Assembly (NCBI GenBank): GCA_951406725.2
Contig: OX597815.1
Location: forward strand, 124,744,001 to 124,808,000
Source of the DNA: Octopus vulgaris
Lineage: Eukaryota
Direction: 5' to 3'
DNA length: 64,000 nt
Below the pieces are notes generated by a model. The model ran no database searches. It was not told the DNA's origin and saw only the letters and a list, made by a program, of their open reading frames with translations. Within the stretch, counting starts at the first letter, position 1. Each line of letters opens with the position of its first letter. Below, piece by piece: positions 26,400 to 41,149 of the stretch. The position numbers and the translations under genes are program-made.

Positions 26400-27365
26400 C
26401 TATATGACCACTAATGGAACAGAACAGTGATTAGTTAGTGATATCAAATAAAATAATTAGATATCTTCCCTTCACTAACACAAAGAAGCATAAAACAAGA
26501 ATAATAAACTCACACATACGCTATCAACGTACAATGAGATGAATTTATTCTACGCAAAGGCATACAGCAATCTATATGCATATGTGCGAGCCAAATGTGG
26601 GTGCATCTATCCGGTTACTCAACCTGCTAAACATAGCAGCCAAATTTCTCTCAAATCAATTCTTTGTTATAATAGGAGGAACACGTTGAAACACTATCTA
26701 TGAAACGAAAGACAAGGGTTGGCCATAGTCTTTGATTATAGGTTTTCTGGATCACGACTGGCCAGGAGCTAAACACCTATAGCGACTTATGTTTGTGCTC
26801 TTCACATGATATATTATTGGTACTGCATTGTAAATTTTGCAATAAGAAGCTGTAAAAAATAAAGCTTACATCATTTAAAATTGATGCAAGAGAATGAAAA
26901 CCCAATCTATTATGGGTGGTTCTAGTACTGAGGTAATCAAATCTGTAATATTTTCCTGTCATATCCTTAAGACAGTTAAAAACACACCCTCCATTAGAGC
27001 TCATTTTATCATATACTTCAATTATGTTTCTCTCTCCCTCTCTCTCTTCTGTACAGTTAACAAGAATACGTACTAAGTAAAGTTTGTGTGTTTCAAGAAA
27101 GTGAAATTAAAACCCATGTATCAAAACGTGGCTAATTGATCATAATTATTTTCATGGATTTAATGAGTTCATTGCTTTTATTGCTTTAAATGGTTTCTTG
27201 TGTATTTATTTCTAATTGTAACTTTATAAGTAAACATTTACGTTCGCACCGAACAATCTATGTACGTACGTATGAAAACATAAGTATCAAAATCTAGATA
27301 GGAACTATTATAATTATACATACACACACACGCTACATATATAGATAGATATATGTGTGCGTGTG

Positions 27366-27670
27366 TGTTATATCCTTATGGATAAACGAATACATTGCAA
27401 CAGTATAATAACAATACAGTTGAAACAAACGGCAGTAACCACACGGCATGTTACAACAATCTTTTAAGAACCAACAATACAACACGCTAACTCAAACTGT
27501 AAACTTTGAATTCCAACTTTAAAATATTAACATGCGAACAACGAACGTTTTCTTTATTTGCCACTCTGGGCATACACGAACTACGAACTTCCTCACTTAC
27601 TCAGACCGCTACTATTTATATGTAGTGGTCCAGTCCATTCTCGCCAGGGGACGTCGTACTTCGTACAACA
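27366..27670. mobile_element. Solo-LTR-like fragment
   Basis: TG...CA ends with a short inverted terminus (tgttata / tacaaca), embedded in a microsatellite. Confidence 0.35.
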
Positions 27671-28006
27671 ATATATATATATACATATCTGTATACATAT
27701 GTACACATATGAGTATTTGATTTTAAGGAAAGGGCCTACTCGGCACCATCAACCCCAGTACTACACTGGTACTGTATTTAAAGATATCGTAGGGACGGAA
27801 ATAAGTTGAATTCGATATTTGAACTTAGAACGTAAATAGCCTAAATTTACAAGGACTTGAGAGTTTACAAACAGTCATACATTCATACATACATACATGT
27901 ATACATGCATGCATACATACATACATACATGCATACATACATACATACATACATACATACATACATACATACATACATACATACATACATACATACATAC
28001 ATACAT

Positions 28007-28375
28007 GAGAAATTAGGTTTCTCAAAACCAGAAAGGAGAAAGCTTATTCAAAGACTACAAATCCAAGCGTTGGAACTGTAAAAATCTGTAAAGCTTTCCA
28101 GAAGTTTATCATTTAAGTATATGAGCATGTCTAGATATGCAAGTATATGCATGAGAATACATACATAAAGCAAAGCATTCAAATCTGCACGTATACATAC
28201 ATACATACATACATACATACATACATACATACATACATACATACATACATACATACATACATACAAAATTACCCTACTGTTGATGTTGAAATTCGATTGA
28301 AGGAGCCTTGGTTCTGGGTTCGAAACCGGCTCTTTCTGTATTGGTAAGAAATCTTGAAATAAAACTGAATAATGA
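28007..28375 (+). mobile_element. 3' fragment of R4/Dong-clade non-LTR retrotransposon in (CATA)n
   Basis: EKLGFSKPERRKLIQRLQIQ plus 3'UTR aligning with 46994-47449; (CATA)n on both flanks. Confidence 0.85.
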
Positions 28376-28589
28376 CATACATACATACATACAGGTACGA
28401 GAGGTATTTGAGGTGCCTGATCCATCAGTATATTACTCTTTTCAAACCAATAAGAGGTCTTTATTTCTTTCAAATCTTCCATGGCAGATAAATGCTAGCA
28501 AAAGAAATGGAAAGAAATACTGTCATTTTTGCCATTTGATTGTAACACAACGATTTAAGAGTTAACTATCTTAAAGTAGCAAGTTCGGA

Positions 28590-29455
28590 CAGAATGGGAA
28601 GCCTCTGCTAGGAATATTTCAAAGGTTTCAAAGAGAAAGAAGACATTCTAAACACTTAGACAATTTCAAAACGTCGCAATTCATTCAATCAACGGTTTCA
28701 AAACATTATCAATGTCAATCCCAGAAAATCAGTGTGGGCTATTTCCAAAGAACTCCAGGGGTCGGAATGCATTATCAGAACTATGGTGCACAAGGACATT
28801 CGATGCAAGTCATATGCACCGAGAGCATACCAATTCATGCCTGCAAAGACTCAAAACAGCCATTTGATCTAAGCCAAGCTGTTATTTGACAAGTTTAAAA
28901 GCCCTCTGATTCATGCTCTTGTAAATCTCTGATAGGAAATAAACAAAGACCATAGGTCTAACAGAAGTAATTACAGATGGTTATATACAGATCGTTCTAA
29001 TGTCCTCATAGTGTGGTGCACATTAAGTTTCCAATATCTGTGATGGCTTTAGGAGTAGTGAATAACGGTTATGTCATGCCACCATACGTCTTTCCACTGA
29101 GTCTTAGGATTAACGCTGTATGTTACGTCAAGGTGCTGGTGACAGTTGTTAATCTCAGGATGGATAAAATGCGCAGTGGAAGGCCACTTTTTTCAACAAA
29201 ACTCAGCATCTTGTCACAAATTTCTCGTAACCTGGGAATGGATGTCAATCTTTGCGATCACGTAAAATATAACTCGATGACTCCAAACTCACAAGATTTC
29301 AACCCTATGATTTGGGCAGTTATTGAAACAAACTAATAGCGTCCTGACAATTTCACAATGTCCTGAAAGCCGCCTATGTCCAGAATCCCAGTAAAAATAC
29401 GGACCATTTAGGGCGAGCATGTCAACGATTCAGTCTTCGAAGCTGAAGGCAGTAT
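28590..29455 (+). pseudogene. Decayed Tc1/mariner-superfamily transposase (maT/DD37D-like)
   Basis: KFPISVMALGVV..GYVMPPYVFP.SLRINAVCYVKVL..VV; FQQNSASCHK (by frameshift); PNSQDFNPM.W.VIE; stops and frameshifts. Confidence 0.8.
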
Positions 29456-29561
<106 letters not shown>

Positions 29562-29597
29562 GTCTATCTATCTATCTACCTACCTACCTATCTGTCG

Positions 29598-29637
<40 letters not shown>

Positions 29638-30056
29638 ATATATATGTATATATAAGTATATATATGTATATATATATACATTTTATTTGTTTCCTGTAAA
29701 AATGTAAACTACACAGAGATAACAAAGACCTGAAGATTAACTAAGCTGTTTTGTGCTCGTTACTTCTTACGAAACAAACTTCAACTAGTTATGAAACATT
29801 TGTAGCCTCTATTTCACTTGTTCCACTCGTAAACTTGCAACCTTTGTTTAATTGTTAACAGTGTTAATGTGACTTATCGACATTCCTGTTAACTCCAATT
29901 TGGGAATAAGTGTGTACTTATGATGTTAATAAATATATTTTAACGTATATTTTCCACGTTTTGTCTTCTACACTAGCCACCTAAATACTTGAAGCTTACT
30001 AACTTCCTACGCTAGGTTCTCTGGATCGTACTTAACTATCGTCTGTGTGTGCATGT

Positions 30057-30091
<35 letters not shown>

Positions 30092-30259
30092 AGTGTGTGT
30101 GCGCGTGTGTATGTGTGTGTACACTTCTCTGTATTAGATTGGACTGTTAGCCGAGAACGTAAGAGGAGCTTTCTGTGATAGCAAAATAATAAATAACAAA
30201 ATAATAAATAAAACATATGCATATATACATTAATATATGTACGTACCTACATCTATATG

Positions 30260-30858
30260 TATATATACATACATATATGTGCACAGGACACCAAAAAATG
30301 TCGAACACAATGAGAAACGAAAACATAAAAACAAAGCCATGGAAACGGACTTTTTTTTAAACAACGAAAAAACAGAGTACAAGACATACAACACAAGGAA
30401 AATTCCCCTTCTTCAGCTGCCCCTGCTTCGTCTACTCTGTGTTTCGACGTTAAGGGCGAGACACGACTTCCTCTAAACAGTCCTTCCCGCAAAGCAAATT
30501 AAATGAAATTTGGGATTTTTTGCGGTAACAAGAACAGGGCAGTAAAAGCAAAACAAGACAGTAAAAATACAAATAAAAACAGTAAAAGACAGGACAAGGA
30601 GAATAACAGTAACACAAACGGTAAGGGCTGTTAAGCCGAAAAGAAGGAAAAATTATTTTGAACGCTATGACAACAACGGATTAAGAAAGGGACAGGAAAA
30701 CCGTCTACACTTGTTGAAGGCAGTAGTCAGAAAGACAGTGGCCCTCTGGTCACATGTCAGCGACGAGAGGGAGGAGGAGAAGTAAGAGAAAGGGAACGGT
30801 GAAAGGGAGAGAAAAAAGGAGAGAAAAATAGGGAAGGGTGGTAGAGAAAACCAGAAAG
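30260..30858. mobile_element. Unclassified interspersed repeat between TA/TATG microsatellites
   Basis: Strand-biased A-rich segment bounded by microsatellites; family not identified. Confidence 0.35.
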
Positions 30859-30859
30859 A

Positions 30860-30939
30860 ATGTATGTATGTATGTATGTATGTATGTATGTATGTATGTA
30901 TGTATGTATGTATGTATGTATGTATGTATGTATGTATGC

Positions 30940-30972
<33 letters not shown>

Positions 30973-31041
30973 TGTATGTATGTATGTATGTATGTATGTA
31001 TGTATGTATGTATGTATGTATGTATGTGAGTGTGTATGTAT
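30860..31041. repeat. (TATG)n microsatellite
   Basis: Direct reading. Confidence 0.95.
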
Positions 31042-31590
31042 GTCAGATCACTTTCGGGTGCTACTGGTAATATATAACCCAGTACAACCTGTTGCATGGT
31101 CGGGTCGTCGGCGACTAAACCGGCAACCCCACCAAGCTTGCTTGGTGAGGAGGGTGTTTATTGGACACCCTGTAGGATGAAAAACAAAACCCGTCAAAGG
31201 GTGGAGGAACTCTTGAGAGTTAACGGCCATCCAATAAATGTCTTAAGGCTGTATCATGCGCGAGGACATAGAAATAATCGGACTGAATACCCGATCACGC
31301 TGTTAAACCATTGGAAGTGAAGGACTCCTAGCCTTTGTTAAGGCATCCTTCTAGAAGGTAACACAGGTAACTTGGATAACTCCGACATAAAAACTGCGGC
31401 TCAGTGGTTACCGATGATGTTGACTTGTTCTTCTTTTCGGATTATGACTGCTGTTGCTTAGTGAGTGGGATTGACTCAGTGCACAGCCTTTCCTCACTTT
31501 AAAAAAATCTTCTTGCACAGGCATTGCACGATAACAACATTGATTAAGCTTCGGGCTATGGCCAAACTCGATAACGAGGGGGCAGCCACC
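31042..31590 (+). mobile_element. GC-richer interspersed repeat, possibly a LINE (RTE-like) 5'UTR
   Basis: Composition shift and motifs reminiscent of RTE 5'UTRs; no protein evidence. Confidence 0.3.
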
Positions 31591-31599
31591 ATGTGAAGA

Positions 31600-31901
31600 T
31601 GCTAGACTTAGGGCATTCGACTCACGATTGTGAGTTCAATTCCCGGTGATGCATTGTGTACTTGAATAAGATACTTTATTTCACGTTGCTCTAGTTCACT
31701 CAGCTGGCAAAAGTAAGTTGTACCTATATTTCAAAGTACCAGCCTTGTCGCACTCTGTGTCACGCTGAATCTCCCTGAGAACTACGTTGGGGGTACATTT
31801 GTCTGTGGATTACTCAGCCACTTGCACGTTAATTTGACGAGAAAACTGTTCCGTTAATCGTATCAGCTGGGATCCTCGTCGTCGTAACCGACGGAGTGCT
31901 C
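31600..31901 (+). mobile_element. tRNA-head SINE with family D tail
   Basis: B-box gagttcaattcc; tail 'gtgtcacgctgaatctccctgagaactacg..gtcgtaaccgacggagtgct' shared with 52872-53252. Confidence 0.8.
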
Positions 31902-32569
31902 CTATGTATGTATGTACATATTCTTGTATAAAACGTATTTCATACACAGTTCTTACTATAGATTTTTGATTATTTTTGGTAAGGATGGGTATCTATTTGT
32001 TGGAGACATTAGTGTGCAAATGTCCATAACGAAGTGAAATTTAAGCCAACCTATCTTTTATCAATTTTGTTTGCTATATTGTTTCTAAGGGATTTTTACT
32101 CTATGACAAGATAGTCGACCCAAATAAGAAAAATATTTTCTTTGTTCAACATCTTGACTTACATATTCATTCTCCGCAGGCAAGTATCATGTCTGGCCTG
32201 CACATGTTATCATAATTGTACTTATGTTTAAAGTGAACAGATAACTGCAAAGTTATTTGTGAGCATTAGACATACGCCATTTTATGTTTTCAGGCTACTG
32301 GCTCACCAATTTAGCTCACATATTTAAAATGTCATGTTTCTATATTGAACTTCTTTTTCTCATGGTTGGGTTTCGCTTTTAAATCTCTCTTTATGATTCA
32401 ATGAATCTACTTATATCAGATTAAGACGGACTGTTAGCAAATGAATGAAATATCTGTATTTATTATGTCTGACAGAAACCTAGAAATGACTGTCTCTATT
32501 CACTTTGAGATAGAATAAAAATATGAAAGGAAATCTACATAAGTTTTATTTAGATACAAAATTTATTCG

Positions 32570-32975
32570 GGCTTGTACTGGATTTAGTTAGTAAACTGCA
32601 ATCATACTGAAGCACCGCCTTCTGGAAATAATCGTTGAACTTGATACCAGTACTTATTTTAAAGTCTGGTACTTATTCTATCGTTTTCTTTTGCTTAACC
32701 GCTACATTATAGGGAATTAAAACAATGCCTGTTGTGAAGTGGTGTGGGGACAAACACAAACGCACACACTCACATATATCTATACATACATACATACATA
32801 TATATATGCATTTATATATATACATATGTTGACGGGCTTTCCGCAGTTTCCGCCAGCCAAATTCACTAACAAGTATTGGTCGACCTGTGACTATAGCAGA
32901 AGACACTAGCCTCGCAGTGGGACTGAACTCGAAACCACATGGTTGCAAAGCGAGCTTCTTAGCCATACAGTCAAG
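32570..32975 (-). mobile_element. SINE family B with internal microsatellite
   Basis: Head 32830-32975, TA/CATA spacer, tail 32570-32760. Confidence 0.75.
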
Positions 32976-32998
32976 ACTGTTTAATATATGTATATATG

Positions 32999-33078
<80 letters not shown>

Positions 33079-34352
33079 CATACATACATACATACATACG
33101 CTCACACACAATAATAAAAGGAATTTGATGAATTGTTTCCTTCAATGTCATATAAATATCAGTCGAGAAACTTTTCACTGGCCTCACAAAAGCGCTTACC
33201 CATAATTTCTGCAAAATATGTTTTTCTCTAAGTTCTGTTTCTGCCAATGTTATAGCCACGCCACCTTTTCACACAGCTTCAAGGAAGAATGATATCCAAC
33301 TAGGGGCAATATTGCCATAACAGGAAATAATAAAAATGGAAAACAGCTAATTTCACTGAAGCTTCAAAACAGCGAGGGTAGAATAAGAAACTGGAATATC
33401 GTTTAAACAGTGGAACTCATTTTGTAACTATATCTGGTAAATTTAGTAATGCTCTTTGTAGACTTCAGTAGCTCGTCTTTATGAATAACATTCACTATAG
33501 GCTATGTGACGTAACATTTATCTATGTTAGTTTGAAATTTGAGCTAAATTATATATAGTCTTTATTTCCACAGTAACGAGAGTACGGGAGTATGTATTGA
33601 TACCTACTCGTATTTCCGCGGGTCAGCGAGGATAATCTGATACGGTAAAGAGATAGCCAGCAAATAGACAACAAACTTTTACTCTGTCTCTAGTAAAATC
33701 ACCGAACAGTGAGGGTTGAAGAATAGTCGGACAAATGCAGTGTTTTATCAAATACAATGGTTTTAAACTGTTTCAATTTGTCAATCTCCGTGGCGAAGAA
33801 AGAAGAATTAGGAACGAACAAATGTTGAACTCTCTTTAGTAAAGTGAGAGGTGGAGCGACGAGTCTACTAATTTGGTGTGTGTGGTGGAGTGTTCAGGTC
33901 TGGTGTCTGTCAGTTTGAGAATCACTGATATAAATCACCCAGTCATAGATACAACAGGACACACTTTATTCACCTTTCAAAGCCACGGGAGACTAATATA
34001 AACATGACCAGTTTATTATATAACTTGCTATATCAGTTTCAAATTTTGCTTTAAGTAATATATCTTATCAAAGCGAAGAGATAATGTTTATCAACTAATT
34101 ACCATCTGAAATTGATAAGCTCACTGTTTCACGTCGCTGCAGAACAAAACCTAATTAAACGTAAAAGTCCTATTATTCGTTCTTCACTCATATATTCTGG
34201 GTTTGGGGACGTGGAGGAAACTGAGCTCCAGTTTTTAAAACATGTAAATATTTTATTTGCATCGTGAAAATGCTCAAATTTTGAAGTCATTTGTTAATTC
34301 AGAAGTTATTTATCGTAAGCTACTTCAATATGTTTTTATTTTCTCTTTTCAG

Positions 34353-34500
34353 GTTTTACACAATTTGGTGTCGACACGTGGTTTCATTTTGTGGTTTTAT
34401 GCTTGTACGCTGCATGAATATGTCTCTACATTATAATGTCGTCATCCCCACTTAGTTCTGGATAATACAAATGTTAAAACCATTACAACACACGTCTCAA
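34353..34500 (+). other. Candidate exon (mostly 5'UTR; possible start MLKPLQHTSQ)
   Basis: Polypyrimidine acceptor ttttctcttttcAG and GTGAGT donor; all three frames contain stops upstream of the late ATG. Confidence 0.4.
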
Positions 34501-35091
34501 GTGAGTCGTTTTCAATTGTTTGCTATTTTATTTCAACTTACATCATTTTCCTTCACCATACATCATTTTCCTTCACCATATGGTTAACGAGATATGTACT
34601 ATTATTATTACTGAAGTTGTTATTGTTGTTTTTGTGGTTGTTTATTATTATTGTAATTGTTTTTTTATTCAAAGTCAGTCCTGGTCGTGGAAACCTATGA
34701 TTAAAAGCATTCTGCTCGTAGCCATCCGTTCAGTTTATTCTAGAATGATATTATGTGGTACCCTCTATTTAGAATCAACGGAATGTTACTTTGGAAAGAT
34801 TTGGCTGTTATTTCTAGCGAATAACGTTACTCTGCTAGGGGTCATAGTCCGGTTTTGATATCCTGTATTAGCTGTAACTCTTTAGTTAAATTACTAATAT
34901 CTTGGAAAAGTCATAAAAGTAATAAGTCCCACACTTATTTCCGTGTAAATAACGAAAATCAATCCCCCAATGATGTGTGATGATAATGATTACTAAGAGT
35001 TGTGCACGATATGAGCCATGTTAGTGTTCATGTGTGGAACGCGTGCTTACTGTGTAGCTATGAAGTGAGACAAGCTATTTATTCGAAACAG

Positions 35092-36342
35092 GCGAATGGA
35101 TAGTGTATGGACTGACACTGAGTAAAGAAAGCAATGTTGTAGGAGCAGATGCTGTAATAGTAGACACACAAGAAGATAGGAGAAGAAACTGCAGAGCAGT
35201 GAGCTAGTAATTAGAGTGATTTGGTGAATGTGCTTCTGTGTGTATGTGCGCGCGCGTGTATGTGTGTGCCTCAGAAGTGACTGGCTGACCACTCGATTGC
35301 GAGCAGGCTGACAGTGATTTGTCTGATTCACACTCTATCTGCGCTTGTATAACAAAGTTTGTTTATATCTCTCATATTTCTTAATTGTAGTGTATCCAAG
35401 ATTCAGATATGTCTACTACACTTTTGCTTTCTTACATTAAGAAGCAGGAAATTGTTAATGTAACATACACTCATACATATGATACTAACTTCATTCGCTC
35501 TTAAACATTCTTCACACATGTGATGAAATCTAGACAACTGCACTCTCCTATGAACAAAGACTTCGATTATATCCCTTAAAGGGAGTAGTATCTCACAATA
35601 GCACAAAGACAAACATGGCACATATCAAAGAAGCAATATTCTACCTCGCTCTCCAAATTCATTAAGAAATTACCATAAACCCCTCAAAGTCGTAGCAAAG
35701 CTAAGGGGTCATAATTTCTGGCGGTCTCTAATGACCACCTAAATATATATAATATTGGGAAAACGTCATAACAAACACGAGGTTTCTTCTTTGAGGTTAA
35801 AAATACTTGAACATTCATCAGTTACTAACTTTCTCTAAATATCTCAAGGAGAACCCACATTAGATTACTGGTTGCATAGCTGTAATAATGCTACTACTAT
35901 ATGCATCTTCCCATAAGACTGAACTCCAAAACAGGTCATATAGTTAATTGAACAAATATTTTCTACTCTCAGCACAAGGCCTGAAATTTTGAGGGAGGGG
36001 GTAAGTTGATTAGATCTACCCCAGTACGCAACTGGTACTTAATTTATCGACCTCGAAAGAATGAAAGGCAAAGTCGACCTCGGCGTAGTTTGAACTCAGA
36101 ACATAAAGACAGACGAAATACCGGTAAGCATTTCAGCCGGCCTGCTAACGTTTCTGCCTGATCGCCGCCTTTGATTGAACAAATATTATCTCACCAACTC
36201 ACTTAAAATTCTGGCTCACTGCTCTGCTGTTTCTTATCCTTTTCTCCTGTGAGTCTTCTATTACAGCATCTGCTCCTACGAGCTTGCAAACTGCATGCTT
36301 TCTCTAGTCAGCGTCAGTCTATACACTGTGACCATTCGGTTC
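35092..36342. mobile_element. Degenerate inverted-repeat element (arms approx. 35092-35207 / 36211-36342) containing a SINE
   Basis: gtaggagcagatgctgtaatag / ctattacagcatctgctcctac; gcagagcagtgagc / gctcactgctctgc. Confidence 0.65.
35961..36173 (-). mobile_element. SINE family A monomer (tail type B) with 14-bp TSD
   Basis: TSD attgaacaaatatt at 35947-35960 and 36174-36187. Confidence 0.92.
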
Positions 36343-37574
36343 TTACCAAGAAATATATTGTCTTACTTCACAGTTACTCAGCAATCACTTGTCCCAAATC
36401 TATTTCCCAGAATTGTTCTTTCAGTCATCGATCAAGATTTTCAAACAGAACATCGACAGCATCTATCTAATCGGAAGCAAAAACATAAAAGCTTCAGTGA
36501 TCGCTTGTCCTGCCAAACTTAGTAACCAAATTTCTCAAATTTCTAGGATCTTGTGAAATTGCAGCCGAAGTTCTCCCTATCATCTTTAAAAATATAGAAC
36601 ATATTGGCTCATGCTGTCTGAGTAAATCTACGCCTGAAATTACTAGATGGGGAGCGATAGAACGTCTTGATTTTATAACTGCTCAATTAGGGTTGACCTG
36701 GGGCTAAACAATAATAATAACAGACATGTACCAAATTCTATTGTATATCCTGTTCCGCATTCAGATATTTTTTTTGTTAAAGATGGACAATTCTAGCTTT
36801 GTATTAATGAGCACTAGTGGCCCAAAAGTCATTTACATGGTGCAGAAGTCATATACCTTAAACCAACTTAAACCAACATGCTTATTAGAATATTTTTTTT
36901 AAAATCTTATGTATTACATGAAAAGTACTTGTAGCTCTCGTTAATTTACATCACTCGGATCACTACCACAACCCCACCACCACCGCAGCTGCCGCCACCA
37001 CTGGAGTCGTCATCGTCGTCCTTGTCGTCGTAGTTACCGTCATTGATGTCGACATCATCATTGTCGTCACCATCAATAAATATCGTTCTAGTCTTGAGCC
37101 AGCGAAATATCCCAACTACGCATAAACAACAAATTTTTTAATACCGTTAACATTAGTCAGCTAGACAATATTACTTTCCAGATTTTTTACCGTAATCAGA
37201 AGCAGACAACCCCTAATATATCAGTAATCATCCTGTAGCTGCAGAATCTTTCAAATTACCAGCTTTATGCCTATCTAAAACAATGATATAGAGAAAACCA
37301 TACCATCTGTTGATGGTGACGAGGCAAATTATGCAGGTTTCCCCTTTTAAAACCAACAAATCAACATATACACGTATTCTAATAGAGGGACGAGAATAAT
37401 ATTATGCTTCAATCTTGGATCCCGTTCATCGAAACCAAGAGATCGGGGAACTGAAACCAACCTACACAGGTACCGTAAAGGCCAGCATGGGCAACATTAT
37501 CTCCAAAAGCTGCGACACAAATTATCATCTGATTGTTTTCGTCCAACGAGAATTTAGTAATAATATCTTTTACC

Positions 37575-37870
37575 AAGGATGAAAGGCAAAGTCGACCTTG
37601 GCGGAGTTTGAACTCAGAACGTAAAGACAGACGAAATACCTATTTCTTTACTACACACAAGGGGCTAAACACAGAGGGACAAACAAGGACAGACAAATGG
37701 ATTAAGTCGATTACATCGACCCCAGTGCGCAACTGGTACTTATTTAATCGACCCCGAAAGGATGAAAGGCAAAGTCGACCTTGGCGGAGTTTGAACTCAG
37801 AACGTAGACAGACGAAATACCGGTAAGCATTTTGCCCGGCGTGCTAACGCTTCTGCCAGCTCGCCGCCTT
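37575..37870 (-). mobile_element. Dimeric SINE family A, second unit truncated
   Basis: Same junction 'acgaaatacctatttctttact' as 26161-26182. Confidence 0.85.
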
Positions 37871-38649
37871 GCCGCTGATATATATTGATCTTTTGACTAA
37901 GAAATCGGCAACTTATCCTCTACACACCTTTATGTTTGTGATATTTATGAAAGGCAATAGAGTTTTCTTGAAGTTCTGAACCAGGTTCAGGACCCGATTA
38001 GATGAGATTGCCATCTTTGTTAACGATATCGTAACTTCATTGTCATGTTGAAGGGTCATAGCAGTTATTTTGTAAGCGAACAGAATAAAACTAGGGATCA
38101 CACAGATGCTATTTTGCTTATGCTTGTCTGACTTCTGTTTTTTTGTTTTTATTTTGTTATTTTTTGATTTTTCTCAATCTCTGTTGGTGGCAGCTAACAC
38201 ATTCCAAGTGGTTACCGCAGATTATTATTTTTTGTCTTCTACCTCCATTTCTCTCTCATGCTCTCAAACTTTTCAAAGTAGCACCACATTGACCTTATAT
38301 TAAATGCCCCTCCCTTTTACTGACTTCAGTCGTGGTACCCCCGGTGATAACCTTTATGTTCAGAACCATTACACCCGAAATACCTAAAAGCAAAGGCACA
38401 TGCCTTAGTGAACCCACCTGTGGCTTCTTGAAAGAGTAAATGAATAAATAAGCAAGCAAACAAAATATCGTGGAGTATTTATTTAATCAACTCATATGCA
38501 CTGTCTACTGGCTGGTGTAGTTCCTAAATTTATCCGATTTTCTGCTGTTGCGTTTATTATGTATGTACATTGTGTATTTCAAGTAAAAACAGATGTAAAG
38601 GCCTAAAATAAATAAACTAACACTAAAACTAAAAAAATTAGAAGCCGAC

Positions 38650-39050
38650 CATCCTTCCCTACAACCACCACCACCACCATCCTCCCTCGGCCGCAAAATG
38701 CTTTCATTTCGAATCATCATCATTGCTTCACATTCATCACCGCCGACGTCACCGTACAATAACATCAACTACAACAACAACAACTACTACTACTACTACT
38801 ACTGCTGCTGCTGCTGGGGTTACTGTTCCTGCTGCTGCTACTGTTGCTGCTACTACTACTACTACTGCTGCTACTGTTGTTGCTGCTGATGCTGCTGCTG
38901 ATGCTACTACTAGCCAAACATCACCATCGAACTTTACTTCTTAAAGTATTTCCATCACTGTTGTCATCAATAACTCCACCAGTACCGATACCGTAATTAT
39001 TACCAACCGCTAGCTCCCGCTTTCTTTCTGTCTTTTTCTTTCTCTCACTC

Positions 39051-39105
<55 letters not shown>
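38650..39105. repeat. Low-complexity trinucleotide (CAA/CTA/CTG) and (CT)n tracts
   Basis: Direct reading. Confidence 0.85.
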
Positions 39106-39106
<1 letters not shown>

Positions 39107-40591
39107 AAGTGACATTTAATCATACCTAAGACGCGATAATACTTAGTCTAGAAACACACCCACGGAAAGCATTACGTATCCCTAAGATAGAAAACCTTCT
39201 ATGAGATAAAGCAACTAACAACTATGTACATACTTGGAGGTGGAATACACGTTCTAAATGTGCTATCAGGTTCTTTTATAACGATAAATGGTTAAATATA
39301 TTTATGCACACACGCGTTCACGCGATCATGTGCGTGTATGTGAATGTGGGTGGTTGAGTTGGCATATGTGTTTATATACGCTAAGCATTCTAGGTGAATT
39401 ATGGTAAAGACAAGGTGCTCGGGATAAATTTGACAGTTTGCATAAAAGGAAAAGAAAATACAGTAACTCTTCCAAAAATAAAAGTAGTTTTTAAATAATC
39501 AAAAATATCATCTAAATCTGTAGTTCTCAGTCAGGGCCCATGTGGCCCTTGAGGGTACTTTCTGATTCAGGCTTGACTTGTCGCTAAAGATAAGAACCAA
39601 CAAACAATTGGTATTTTGCCTTAAGTCTGACCATTCTTTGTATTCATTTCAGATTCTTTAAACAATTGTGACATTTTTGATATTCCATAATACGGTGTAT
39701 TATGATACATTGTATTAAGAAAGTTAATCAAAATTCCTTTCATTATATTACATAATACTATCCAATTTTTTCTTCTTTGGTCCCATCTTTCAACAATCAT
39801 TGATCCATAAGTCCTATGACAACCAAAGTGGGGAGTTCTACTGATCTATTTACTGTGGTACTATTTTTTTCTCCTTTGAGCAAAAACATATTAGAGCGTC
39901 TGAAAAAGTCTGTTGAATATACTCACATCATGTGAAATACATCTTAAAACCCGAAGGGCATTTAAAAGACCACAGCTTATATCTAGTTACAAGCGTTAAG
40001 GGGATAACATCACCTAGATAGAATGATGGGCGTCTTCAAGTAACCTTCTCAATAACCAGGTCAGCCGAGGTATGTAGATTATAACGATCTACCTAGAAAT
40101 ATAACGAAACATTTGAAATAAGCAAGTAGTCTCACATCTCATCGACCCGGCTGTCTTTGATCCATGCATATACATGCTTTTGATCAAAACTGTAACTGTG
40201 TCTTTCTGCTACAAACTTCTCATTACGAACCTCCTGTTTTATTCTGTAACTCATTTCTAGTTCTTTGTTTAGCACAGTTTGATTATTTTATGTGCTACTC
40301 CGAACCTACACTGGCAAACACATCTGGTTTTTTTTTCTTTCTTTTTTTCGTATTCAAAAGTTTTAATAACAGTTTATTTTATTAACATGAGAGGAATGTA
40401 GTATCCAAGAAAGCTTTCACTGCGTTATTCTTCCTTAGGTTAGCAACTCCACTCCAGTATCAGATGTAGCAGCTATAGTCACAAACCAAATAAGGCTATC
40501 CGGAGTGATGTTTTCCGAAGAAAGATATTCTGCGACACATGAAAAACATTATATAATACATCTCATATTCTAAAATTATATTTCCTTTCAG

Positions 40592-40656
40592 GAGACACTT
40601 CTATGGGTTTGGTGGATACTAATCGTCAAATTAATTTTGGGTTTAAGGAATTACAG
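40592..40656 (+). other. Candidate 65-nt exon
   Basis: tttcctttcAG acceptor and CAG|GTGA donor; open as ETLLWVWWILIVKLILGLRNY (in phase with MLKPLQHTSQ) or as MGLVDTNRQINFGFKELQ. Confidence 0.4.
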
Positions 40657-41149
40657 GTGACTGTATAGAATGTATTACTATACAAAAATTTGACTAAACC
40701 AATCCTTAAAAATTAATACATTAAATAATTAATTAATGAAATTTGGAATTACATTGCAGTGTGTTTCATTTGCCATAATATGAAATACCGACCTCTATTA
40801 TTAATCATCTACTGGAATATTATTTAAGTTTTTAAGTTCACTTTGCCGCAGAAAAGAAATAACATAATGAACAAATGCACAAAAAAAAACCCGACAAACT
40901 GAATTATTCTTAATTATTTTGTTAATTAGGACACTCAGATATTCGAGTGAAAAATCTTTGATACTAAAATATCCTCAAGTTAATTAAATGAAATATATCA
41001 AAACAAATGACTCAGTGTTAATGCAACTTTTGATCAATGAATCTTTTGAGAATTCTACGTTCAGAAGATTCTAGCGCGAGTAAGTTTTGATTTCTATGTT
41101 AGAAATAATATCAATGATTTCAGGTACAGTCGATTACAGTCGAAGGCAG

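Noticed and set aside
30395-30480. Minus-strand GAAAC...GTA and CTGAAGA strings suggesting a hammerhead
   Set aside because: I could not build stems I and II in any permutation
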